NCBI GenBank assembly: GCA_046290225.1
Contig: JBKAGE010000078.1
Location: 96,001 to 160,000 of the forward strand
Source of the DNA: Bradymonadia bacterium
Lineage (GTDB): Bacteria > Myxococcota_A > Bradymonadia > UBA7976 > UBA1532
Reading direction: 5' to 3'
Length of the DNA: 64,000 bases
Shown here: positions 1 to 8,880 of the stretch, piece by piece
Numbering within the stretch: the first letter of the stretch is position 1
Layout of the letters: each line of letters opens with the position of its first letter
Program-made: the position numbers and the translations under genes
Notes under the pieces: model-generated
What the model saw: only the letters and a program-made list of their open reading frames with translations
Databases searched by the model: none
Told to the model about the DNA's origin: nothing

Positions 1-2
1 TC

Positions 3-812
3 ATCGAGCTGCGCCTGGCGGAAGATCTGTCTCTCTCGATGTCTCGTAAGGGCAAGACCATCAAGAGCCTGCCCAAGGCCGCCCCTGAGGCCATGAGAGC
101 CCGCCTCAAGATCCTCAAAGCGGGTTTGAAGAAGGTGGGGCCCATGGTCATCGAGCGGCTGGCGTTGAGCGCCTGTGCTGATCGCCGATGGTCAGCTACG
201 ACCTGGAAGGCGCTGTGCATCCATCACCCCATCACCCGGGCCCTCGCCCGAAACCTCGTCTTCGAATCAGGGCGCTCGGGTACCCCCGGCACAGTCTTTG
301 ATTCGATGGGCGTGTTCACCCTCGACGCACTGGCCGACGACCTCACTGATGAGACCTGGGTGCGCCTGGCCCACCCAATCGATCTCGACGAGGCCCGGCG
401 GTCGCGCTGGCTCGCGTGGGAGAGCGCCCGGAGAACCCCCTTCCCTCTGATGACCCGGCTGGTCGTGGAGGGCACTCAGGTGGAGGCGATGAAGGCGCGC
501 ATTCGCACCGAGGGGCAGAAAGTCTGGCGTCGCGATCTGCGAAAACGGATTGAGCGAGAGGGCTACCGTTCAGGAGCCATCGCTGATCGGGGCCTCATCT
601 GGACAGCAGTCAGAGACCTGGGCGCCCTGGGCAAGATCGTCATCGCCCACGAAGGCTATCCCTTCGAGCGGGACTACGAGGGTGAGCCTGTGGGCTTCAC
701 TGACGTCTGGGTGGTGCTCGGACCAAAGGTGGAAGATCGAGCAGGTGTGTCGCGTAAGCTGACCAGCGAAGGCCTCAAGGACGCAGCCCACATCTTCGCA
801 GTGCTTCTCTGA
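3..812 (+). CDS. DUF4132-like domain protein, 5'-partial (frame open to the window edge)
   Basis: Frame is open upstream of the ATG at 39. 'GKTIKSLPK...IERLALSACADRRWS...HHPITRALARNLVF' and 'VRLAHPIDL' resemble DUF4132. Confidence 0.6.
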   Translation: MELRLAEDLSLSMSRKGKTIKSLPKAAPEAMRARLKILKAGLKKVGPMVIERLALSACADRRWSATTWKALCIHHPITRALARNLVFESGRSGTPGTVFDSMGVFTLDALADDLTDETWVRLAHPIDLDEARRSRWLAWESARRTPFPLMTRLVVEGTQVEAMKARIRTEGQKVWRRDLRKRIEREGYRSGAIADRGLIWTAVRDLGALGKIVIAHEGYPFERDYEGEPVGFTDVWVVLGPKVEDRAGVSRKLTSEGLKDAAHIFAVLL

Positions 813-892
813 TCCCAGGCTGACTCATGCCAGAGTGAGCTCATCACCCACCGTCTCGGCGTGCTGAGCATGAGATGAACTCAGCGTCAGTT

Positions 893-3800
893 TCACTTGC
901 TCTTGAGCAGAACTCGAGCCAGCCCGGAGAGGGTTCGATCTTCAGTGAAGAGAGACTGAGGGATCGGTCGCTCGAGGTGCTCCTCCAGCGCGCCGACCAG
1001 CTGAACAATGGTCAGTGAATCCAGCCCCAAGGCACTCAGACGCGTGTCGGCGAGACTCTGGGGACCAGCGCTCGAAAGCAGATCTGTCTCCTGGGCCAGC
1101 CATGCAGTGACGAAATCGATCAGCGCCCGAACATCATCCGTCACTTCCGGGACCTCTGATGGGTTGTTGGTTGATGTCGCGTCGCCCAGTGAAGTCACAT
1201 ACCGCTTTGCCAGCCCGATGAGCGCACGTGCAGAAGCGGTGTGATCAGGTGTCTGAACGTGACCGATGGAAGCTTCACTCACAGACAGGCAGTGCTTCCA
1301 GAAGACCAGCGCGCGCAGCCGGTGGGGATCTTGTCGAGGTGTCTCCACACTCAGAGCACTGCACACGACAGCGGTGATGTAGAGACGCCCCAGCTCGATC
1401 AGAGCGCTCAACTGAGGCTCAGCTTTCGAGAGGGCGCGGGCGGTGTCGACGCCAGAAACGATGCGTTCGACCCAGGCTGAGCCCAAGAGGGCATGGCCCG
1501 GGATCTGCTCAGTGCTCTTCGCCTCGATCAACACTCGGCCGCATTCGGCCAGACCTCTCTCTGTTGAAATCGTGGCATCCGTCTCTAATGCCTGCAGCGC
1601 CTGTCGAAGATGACCGCCTGGCGTGCCAGGCAACTCGGGATATCTCTCAATTGCGGTGCGCAAGGTCGCCACAGCAAGCTGACACAACAACGGTGCGCCG
1701 AAATCGAGGGCCTCAGTCGACGCCCTTCGCTCAGCAAACAGATCGAGTGCTGCTCGAACCCCCTCCAACTCGGCGCTCGTCTCCGAGAGCAGGTGACACA
1801 TGAGCGGATCATCGACGAGCCATTGATGCTCGGGCCAGGTGATCGTGCCCTCGTGCACCAGCCTCTGAAAGTAGCGCTGCCCTGCGCCCAGCAATGCGGC
1901 TGACCACATGAGGGACGCGGATTGCGGAGATGCTTCCTTCGGCCCCTTCAGTGCCAGGTTTTCTCTCACCACATCGACGGCAACAGACACATCCACTGCG
2001 CCCAGCTGAGCCACCACACGCAACAGCGCCTCATCCTCGAGGGCCAGCCCTCCCAGGTCGAGAGGCGCCGTCATGCGCATCAGCCCGATGCGACGCAGCG
2101 TGTCCAGGACCGCCACCTTCTCGGCCCCCTCAGTGATCAGGGGCGCAATGTCAGTCTGCAATCTGGAGACGATCTCGTCGGCGCTCATCCGCTGCCGAGC
2201 AACCTTCGACGTGGCCACCACCTGCAGCTCGGAGAGATCACCCTCGGCAAATGCCCGCTGACACTGATGGCGCATGACCTTGCCGCTGGAGGTCTTCGGC
2301 AGTGCACCTCGGGCCAGGAGCACCACCGCAAAGGGGCTGATCTCGTGAGCCTGTACGACGGCCTCTCTCAAGCGGGCCATTGTCTGCTCCGCGTCAAAAG
2401 ACACACGCTCGTCAATCTCTTGAAAGACCACCAGCCTGCTTTGCTCATCGGCCTCGATGGAGACTGCCGCAGAGCATCCTGGGCGGATCTCGGGATGCAG
2501 CGCACGGCACGTGCCCATCGTCTCCTCGATGTCGTGGGGGTACAGGTTGCGCCCGCGGATGATGATGAGATCTTTGAGTCGCCCGGTGACGAACAGCTCA
2601 TCATCGAGCACGGCGCCCAAGTCCCCCGTACGCAAGAATGGGCCAGCCTCATGATCTGAGGAGAGCCGTGCAGAAAAAGTCTCTGCAGACTCCACTGGTC
2701 GTTGCCAGTAGCCCGCAGCCACATGAGCCCCTGCCAACCAGATCTCCCCCACCCTGCCTAGTGGGCACTGTAGATGAGTCTGAGGATCCACAATCACCAC
2801 CTCTGACTGGCCCCAGGGCTTGCCAGAGCTGACCAGTGTCGTCGCAGGGGTGTTGCCCTCCGCGGGCTTCAGCTGTCCCTGCTCCAGGGCCACAGGATCC
2901 ACTGCGCACACGACCGGCCGCGTCGTCGAGGTGCTCGTCGTGGCAAAGAGGCCCACCTCCGCCAGTCCGAAGGAGGGCGCCATGGCTGATCGGCGCAGGC
3001 CTGTGGGTGCGAAGTGCCTGGTGAACCGCTCCACCGTCTCTGCCCGCACCGGCTCCGCGCCGTTGACGAAGACTCGCATTGCGCTGAGATCGAGATCACC
3101 AAAGGCTTCTTCGGGTACTTTTCGCACCACGAGATCGTAGGCGAAGTTCGGCGCAGCGGTCTGCGTCGCCCGGGTTCTACTGATCAGCGACAGCCAGGAC
3201 CTGGGGTTCTTCAAGAAGGCGTGGGGGGGCATGAGATGGGCCTGCCCACCAAGGAGGACGGCGTTGAGCAGATTTCCGAGCAGACCCATGTCGTGATAGA
3301 GCGGCAGCCAGCACGCGATGATGGGCTCAAGGGCCCGGAGCCCGTAGGCTTCCGTGAGCATCTCGAGGTTCGCCAGCAGGTTGCGGTGTCGAATCATCAC
3401 CCCTTTAGGATCTGCGGTAGAGCCTGAGGTGTATTGAAGAAACGCCAGTGACTCAGGGCTGAGATCGTCGGGACGTCGCCAGTCCGATGCGGCAGATTTG
3501 CGGCACTGCTCCACCGTCAGCCAGTTCAGTGCCTTCAGCCCAGCATGCTCCGTGCTGGAGATCAGTCCGTCCGCAAAGGCGAGGATCATCTCTGAGGTCA
3601 GCAGCACGCTCGCTTCAGCATCTTTCACGATGCTGTGTAGCCTGCGCAGGCTGTGAGTGAGCCGATGTGGCTCAGGCGGATAGGCCGGCACCGGCACCAC
3701 CCTGGTGAGCATGCACCCCATGAGGGCCACGGCGAAGTCGAGGCCCGGTGCAAAGATCAGGATCGCTCGCTCCCCAGAGAGCCCCATGGACTGCAGCGAC

Positions 3801-3955
3801 GAGGCCACCGAGCGGGCCTGTGCGTACAGGGCGCCATAGGAGAGCGTCTCCGAGAGCGTCTCTCCATCTTCGTAGAAAGCGTAGAGCAGGTGATCCGGGT
3901 GCTCGGTGGCCCGCGCCGTCAACACATCGACAAACGTGTGCATGTTTTCCCTCAT
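893..3955 (-). CDS. Fatty acyl-AMP ligase fused to a degenerate acyl-CoA dehydrogenase-like region and a C-terminal acyl carrier protein
   Basis: FAAL motifs LAFLQYTSGSTADPKG, WLPLYHDMGL, FGLAE, FLRTGDLG, LPKTSSGK. ACAD N-terminal-like GLMRMTAPLDLGGL. ACP motif LGLDSL near the C-terminus. Confidence 0.85.
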   Translation of the reverse strand: MRENMHTFVDVLTARATEHPDHLLYAFYEDGETLSETLSYGALYAQARSVASSLQSMGLSGERAILIFAPGLDFAVALMGCMLTRVVPVPAYPPEPHRLTHSLRRLHSIVKDAEASVLLTSEMILAFADGLISSTEHAGLKALNWLTVEQCRKSAASDWRRPDDLSPESLAFLQYTSGSTADPKGVMIRHRNLLANLEMLTEAYGLRALEPIIACWLPLYHDMGLLGNLLNAVLLGGQAHLMPPHAFLKNPRSWLSLISRTRATQTAAPNFAYDLVVRKVPEEAFGDLDLSAMRVFVNGAEPVRAETVERFTRHFAPTGLRRSAMAPSFGLAEVGLFATTSTSTTRPVVCAVDPVALEQGQLKPAEGNTPATTLVSSGKPWGQSEVVIVDPQTHLQCPLGRVGEIWLAGAHVAAGYWQRPVESAETFSARLSSDHEAGPFLRTGDLGAVLDDELFVTGRLKDLIIIRGRNLYPHDIEETMGTCRALHPEIRPGCSAAVSIEADEQSRLVVFQEIDERVSFDAEQTMARLREAVVQAHEISPFAVVLLARGALPKTSSGKVMRHQCQRAFAEGDLSELQVVATSKVARQRMSADEIVSRLQTDIAPLITEGAEKVAVLDTLRRIGLMRMTAPLDLGGLALEDEALLRVVAQLGAVDVSVAVDVVRENLALKGPKEASPQSASLMWSAALLGAGQRYFQRLVHEGTITWPEHQWLVDDPLMCHLLSETSAELEGVRAALDLFAERRASTEALDFGAPLLCQLAVATLRTAIERYPELPGTPGGHLRQALQALETDATISTERGLAECGRVLIEAKSTEQIPGHALLGSAWVERIVSGVDTARALSKAEPQLSALIELGRLYITAVVCSALSVETPRQDPHRLRALVFWKHCLSVSEASIGHVQTPDHTASARALIGLAKRYVTSLGDATSTNNPSEVPEVTDDVRALIDFVTAWLAQETDLLSSAGPQSLADTRLSALGLDSLTIVQLVGALEEHLERPIPQSLFTEDRTLSGLARVLLKSK

Positions 3956-6408
3956 CTGGCCATGTGCTCGAGCACGGCGTGGCTGTATATGTCTTTGGAT
4001 TCGACGAACACGCTGGTGGCCCTCGGTCGGGCCCCCAGCTTCTTTTTCTCCAGCGTCGCGGTGAAGGCGAGGTCAAGCCGATCACACTGGAGCGACCATG
4101 CCCGCTGCACGGTCTGATAGAGCGCCTGCTTGTAGGTGTTGTGAGAGCGGATGAAGGCGTCGTCGAGGCCCACGACAAGGGCCGAGCACGTGCCTCCGGC
4201 CAGGTGGGTGTACATCACCGCCACTGGGGTACGTGCCGAGGGGGGTCGAGGATCAGCCCGCAGATAGAGCCGCAACACCTCGTACTCGGGATGTCGGGCC
4301 ATGGCATCAAAGAGCCGTTGGGGCAACTTGAACACGTTGAGGGCGAACGAGCGGGCGAAGACCGCGCTGTAGAGCGCATAGCACTCCTCGAGTTCCTCCG
4401 GTGTACCCGGCCTCTCAGTGGTCACCTCGAACTGGGAGATATACGGCAGCACCTCCCGCCGGACGTTGTAGCGATACTTCTGCCCCAGGCGAGCGAGGTA
4501 GGCGTCGTGATCAGCCCACCCCAGGTCGTCGAAGACCAGGGCGTCGCCTGCGTGCACGTCGATCAGCCCATGATCCAGCATGAACTGTCTCAGCTCGGGA
4601 TCAGCGCCCGTCTCGAACTCTCGCACCATGACCTGTCGAGCCCCGCTGGCCTCTGCCGTCTGGTTGAGGGTCTCGAGCAGGCAGCGCAGGGCGCGCTTCC
4701 ACTCTGGGTGCTCGCGTTTCAGGTAGAGCGGGCAGCCTCGTGAGATCAGACAGCCCAACATGACTGTTCGCGAAGTGAGGTAGTACGGATCGTGTCTGCG
4801 GACCTGTTCCACCTGCTCGGACACAGCCGCTTCAGCGAGCATGTCGTCTTTGACCAGCGCACAGGTAAAGAAGGTGGCCAGGACCACCTCCCCTGCCTGA
4901 TCTCGAACGATCAGATAGTGAAAGTCCCAACAGTGCTCTCGGACATCGGCCTGTGTGAAGCACGCCTCGAGCATCTGGAGGCTGCTGTGGGTGATGTTGC
5001 CGCGCCCCGAGAAGAGCGTACCCCAGAGCTCGGGCTCAATCTCCGAGATGCTTCGGGTGTGCTCTATCTCCAACTCCACGGGCGCCTCGACGACAACGCC
5101 CGGTTGGGCCTTGCCCGGACTCACCTCGTGTGGTCGCACGGAGAACGGCTCGATGCCGAAGACGCGGGCCACCTGCTCCGGCGAGCTCCCTTCCTCGTGG
5201 AGCACCTCGAGGTAGTGGCGGTGCACACAGTCCACCAGAGCATCTACATCATCGTGGATGAGGTTGCAGTTCATCATGAACCGTAGACCACCTTGACGCA
5301 TGGGCGTGGCGGGGAAGGTCGCAGAGTTCACATAGTGACCCTCGTCGTGCATCCGGCGCACGAGGCCCGCCACCACCCGTGGCAGCCCCATGGGGATGAA
5401 GAAGACCGGGCTCGACGTCACCGCGAACTGTGGCAACCCACGGGCCAGGAGCGCCTCGTTCGTATGACTGACCAGGTCAGCGAGCGTACGCTGCAGATGA
5501 ACGATCTCTTCCGAGAGATGGAGCTGGGCAGAGGCCAGGGCGGCGCCGAGCATGGGCGGCTGTATCGGCCCGGAGAAGATCATCGGGCCTCCTCGGGTGC
5601 GCACCAGATGGGCAGTCTGCTCGTCCGGGCACACCAGCGCCCCCCCTGCGCTGGCGAAGGCCTTGTTGAGGGAGACGGCGAGCAGCATTTGCGGGTGATG
5701 GGGCTTCTCGCTGCGCACATAGCCGCAGCCATGGGGTCCGCACCAGCTCATACCGTGGGCGTCGTCGATGTACAGCCGGAAGCAGGGATAGCGGTCCATC
5801 AGCGCATACAGGGCGTCGAGGGGGGCAAAGTCGCCGTACATGGAGTAGACCCCATCGGCGAAGTACCACACCTTGCGATGTCGCCCCCGAAGCTGACGGA
5901 TCTTCCGCTCAAGGTGATCCATGTCGTTGTGTCGAATGATGTGGATCGGGATCCCGCGGGCCTTGAGCTGCTGCGCCGCGGTCTGCACGCTGTGGTGCAC
6001 TTGAAGGTCGAGCACCACGGCATCTTGATCGTCTACGAGCACTGGAAGAGCAGCGAAGTGCCCCAGCGTGGTCGAAGGCGTCACCACCACGGGCTGATGA
6101 AAGATTTGAGAGAGGCGCGCCTCAAGGGGTGTATAGAGGCCCACCGAGACAAACGCCCGAGAGGAAGAGAACTGGGTGCCATAGGTCTGCACCGCCTGCA
6201 CCACCCCCTCGATGAGAGCGGGGTGTTTCTCCAGACCGAGATAGCTGCAGGATCCGAAGTTCACCATGTCCCTCTGGCCGATGGAGATGATGCGGCCGTC
6301 GTGGGGGCCGAGATCGGTGGCGTGACAGGCGAGATCCCGGCGTAAGTAGTCGTCGGCGATCTGTCCCAAGACATCATGGGTGGTCTGGCGAGTTTCGAGA
6401 TGAGACAC
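3952..6408 (-). CDS. PLP-dependent alpha-oxoamine synthase (BioF/SPT/KBL family) fused to a C-terminal GNAT/FemAB-like domain
   Basis: NFGSCSYLGL, DGVYSM, DDAHG, SLNKAF (PLP lysine), FSGP. C-terminal DAYLARLGQKYRYNVRRE. Likely GTG start at 6408 after GGAAGG (ORF track begins 6498). Stop overlaps the FAAL start (ATGA). Confidence 0.85.
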   Translation of the reverse strand: MSHLETRQTTHDVLGQIADDYLRRDLACHATDLGPHDGRIISIGQRDMVNFGSCSYLGLEKHPALIEGVVQAVQTYGTQFSSSRAFVSVGLYTPLEARLSQIFHQPVVVTPSTTLGHFAALPVLVDDQDAVVLDLQVHHSVQTAAQQLKARGIPIHIIRHNDMDHLERKIRQLRGRHRKVWYFADGVYSMYGDFAPLDALYALMDRYPCFRLYIDDAHGMSWCGPHGCGYVRSEKPHHPQMLLAVSLNKAFASAGGALVCPDEQTAHLVRTRGGPMIFSGPIQPPMLGAALASAQLHLSEEIVHLQRTLADLVSHTNEALLARGLPQFAVTSSPVFFIPMGLPRVVAGLVRRMHDEGHYVNSATFPATPMRQGGLRFMMNCNLIHDDVDALVDCVHRHYLEVLHEEGSSPEQVARVFGIEPFSVRPHEVSPGKAQPGVVVEAPVELEIEHTRSISEIEPELWGTLFSGRGNITHSSLQMLEACFTQADVREHCWDFHYLIVRDQAGEVVLATFFTCALVKDDMLAEAAVSEQVEQVRRHDPYYLTSRTVMLGCLISRGCPLYLKREHPEWKRALRCLLETLNQTAEASGARQVMVREFETGADPELRQFMLDHGLIDVHAGDALVFDDLGWADHDAYLARLGQKYRYNVRREVLPYISQFEVTTERPGTPEELEECYALYSAVFARSFALNVFKLPQRLFDAMARHPEYEVLRLYLRADPRPPSARTPVAVMYTHLAGGTCSALVVGLDDAFIRSHNTYKQALYQTVQRAWSLQCDRLDLAFTATLEKKKLGARPRATSVFVESKDIYSHAVLEHMAR

Positions 6409-6480
6409 AGGCTGCCTTCCAGCGTTTTGACTCAGGATGCGAAGTTCCTTCGCAGGCTTTGAAACCGGCCAGCGTTCGGA

Positions 6481-6508
6481 TGGCAAAACAATCCACATTT
6501 TTTTGCCA
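6481..6508. promoter_or_regulatory. Inverted repeat TGGCAAAA-N12-TTTTGCCA, candidate operator between divergent lipid genes
   Basis: Perfect 8-bp arms in an AT-rich patch between the probable starts at 6408(-) and 6619(+). Confidence 0.4.
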
Positions 6509-6618
6509 ACCGGTTGAGCGACGCTCGCCGCAGGCCCTGCCCCCCTCCAGATCTCGGCGAAGAAAAATCAGCCAATGTCCCCAGCCCTTGCCCAAGAAGC
6601 TCGTACTGGTGTCACACC

Positions 6619-7590
6619 ATGGGTGTAGAACACCCGAGTGTGATCGCTGAACATCAGGAGAGCCGGTTGAACACCCTGGCCGAGTACGCAGAAGTCGTCC
6701 CCCTCTGGATCACCATCGCCGCCATCGCCGTCGTCGGGCTGGAATGGCTCGCGCTGACCCTCACCGGGCGCGTCGAGCGCCATCGGGAGGGCTGGGTGAA
6801 CATCCTCTGCGGTGCGGCCTCGTTCCTGCCCGTCTTCGCCTTGAGCATGGTGGTCACCCTCACCCTCATGTTCGCCCTCTACTCAGTGCGCATCTTCGAT
6901 CTGGGGCTCGACCTGTATGTCTGGGTGCTGGCCTACATCGCCTACGATCTCATGTCGTTTCTGGTGCACCTCGCCTCCCACAAGGTCAGACTGCTCTGGT
7001 GCATGCACAGCGTTCACCACGCCCCAGAAGAGATGAAAGCCTCGGTGTCGTTTCGCGGCTCACTGGCGGACTGGCTCGTCACTCCACACACTACGCTGTG
7101 GCTGCCCTTGTTCGGCTTTCACCCGCTGTTGGTGGTCCTCGTGGAAGGCGTGGGGTTGATCTATGGGGTGTTCTTGCATCTGAGCGATGCCTATATGCCG
7201 GCCCGAGAGCCCAGCTGGCTGCAGCGCGTGCTGATCACGCCGGCGTTCCACAGGCTGCACCACGCCAAGAACCCCATCTACCTCGACACCAACTATGGCC
7301 TGACCTTCAGCCTGTGGGACGTGATCTTCAGAACTCGGCAGGTGCCTGTGTCCTCAGAGCAGCCCGCCTATGGGCTCACCGTTCAGCACGACGCCTCCAA
7401 GTTCGGGGAGACCCAGCTGGCAGAGTTCAAATCTCTTTGGCGAGATGTGCGATCCACCCCCCGACTCGGGGACAAGCTGGGGTTCTTGCTCCGGCCACCG
7501 GGCTGGCACCCTCTTGGGTTGGGGCAGACAGCGAGACATATTCGTGAGGAAGCCCTCAGAGCGGCGGATGCAGGGGCTGGAGCCCCATGA
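6619..7590 (+). CDS. Fatty acid hydroxylase/sterol desaturase superfamily membrane di-iron enzyme (alkylglycerol monooxygenase-like)
   Basis: His boxes HLASH, HSVHH, HRLHH; TNYG..FSLWD.IF; several TM segments; C-terminal PPGW. ATG at 6619 preferred over TTG at 6514. Confidence 0.85.
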   Translation: MGVEHPSVIAEHQESRLNTLAEYAEVVPLWITIAAIAVVGLEWLALTLTGRVERHREGWVNILCGAASFLPVFALSMVVTLTLMFALYSVRIFDLGLDLYVWVLAYIAYDLMSFLVHLASHKVRLLWCMHSVHHAPEEMKASVSFRGSLADWLVTPHTTLWLPLFGFHPLLVVLVEGVGLIYGVFLHLSDAYMPAREPSWLQRVLITPAFHRLHHAKNPIYLDTNYGLTFSLWDVIFRTRQVPVSSEQPAYGLTVQHDASKFGETQLAEFKSLWRDVRSTPRLGDKLGFLLRPPGWHPLGLGQTARHIREEALRAADAGAGAP

Positions 7591-7605
7591 GGGCGAGAGC
7601 AGCCC

Positions 7606-8880
7606 TCAGTGGGCGCCCTTCTTTGGCCGCAGCGTGGCCTCGCCGGCGATGTGCTGGTTCCAGGTGGCGGGGGTGTAGCCGTTGTCCACCTGCACCATGC
7701 TGATGCAGTCGGGCACTGGGCACACGATCTGACACAGGTTACAGCCCACGCACTCCGACTCGTCCACGATGGGCACCCGCAGACCGGTGGGGTTCTTGTG
7801 AATGCACTGATGAGCGCCATCGTGGCAGGCCACCATGCAGTCGTTGCAGCCGATGCACTTCTCGGGATCGATCTTGGCGATGGTCTCGTAGTTGAGGTCG
7901 AGGTTGCCCCACTCCGACTTGGTCTGCACCGCCTTGCCCACCATGTCGTCGATGGTCTCGAAGTTGTGGGTGCGCATGTACTCTTCGAGGCCTTCGATCA
8001 TGTCCTCGACGATGCGGTAACCCCGGAGCATCACTTCGGTGCACACCTGCACGCTCGTGGATCCGAGCAGAATGAACTCCACGGCGTCACGCCAGTTGCT
8101 GACGCCGCCGATGCCCGAGATGGGCAAGTTGAACCCGGGATCCGTGGCCAGCTCGGAGAGCATGTGCAACGCGATGGGCTTCACTGCGGGGCCACAGTAA
8201 CCGCCGTTGCTCGACAGGTTGCCCACCCGGGGCTCGATCACCATGCGATCGATGTCCACGCCGATGACGCTCTTGATGGTGTTGATGAGCGACACGCCAT
8301 GGGCGCCACCGCGCTGCGCCGCGTGACCGTGGGGCAGGATGTCGGAGACGTTGGGGGTGAGCTTCACCAGCACCGGCACCGAGCTGTACTTCACCGCCCA
8401 GCTGGTGATGCGCTCGTTCACCGAGGGCTCCTGGCCCACGGCAGAGCCCATGCCCCGCTCGCACATGCCGTGAGGACAGCCGAAGTTGAGCTCCAGGCCA
8501 TCAGCGCCAGCATCGATCGAGCGCTTGATGATGTCCTTCCACTCTTCTTCGGTCTCCACCATCAAGCTCACCACCACGGCGTGCTTGGGGAACCGCTTCT
8601 TCACCTCGTAGATCTCTTTGAAGTTCACGTCGAGGGGGCGGTCGGTGATCAACTCGATGTTGTTGAAGCCGATGGCCTTGGTGGTGCGGTAGTCCAAGGC
8701 GCCGAAGCGGCTGCTCACGTTCTGGATGGGGGTGCCCAGGGTCTTCCAGACCGCCCCACCCCAGCCGGCGTCGAAGGCCCGCATGACCTGCGCTCCGGAG
8801 TTCGCCGGAGGGGCCGAGGCCAGCCAGAAGGGGTTCGGGGACTCGATGCCCGCGCAGTTCGTCGTCAAATCAGGCATCAC
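7606..8880 (-). CDS. preA: Dihydropyrimidine dehydrogenase subunit PreA
   Basis: NPFWLASAPP, ELNFGCPHGM, KLTPN, GGYCGPAVKPIAL and two C-terminal 4Fe-4S motifs. Confidence 0.95.
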   Translation of the reverse strand: MMPDLTTNCAGIESPNPFWLASAPPANSGAQVMRAFDAGWGGAVWKTLGTPIQNVSSRFGALDYRTTKAIGFNNIELITDRPLDVNFKEIYEVKKRFPKHAVVVSLMVETEEEWKDIIKRSIDAGADGLELNFGCPHGMCERGMGSAVGQEPSVNERITSWAVKYSSVPVLVKLTPNVSDILPHGHAAQRGGAHGVSLINTIKSVIGVDIDRMVIEPRVGNLSSNGGYCGPAVKPIALHMLSELATDPGFNLPISGIGGVSNWRDAVEFILLGSTSVQVCTEVMLRGYRIVEDMIEGLEEYMRTHNFETIDDMVGKAVQTKSEWGNLDLNYETIAKIDPEKCIGCNDCMVACHDGAHQCIHKNPTGLRVPIVDESECVGCNLCQIVCPVPDCISMVQVDNGYTPATWNQHIAGEATLRPKKGAH

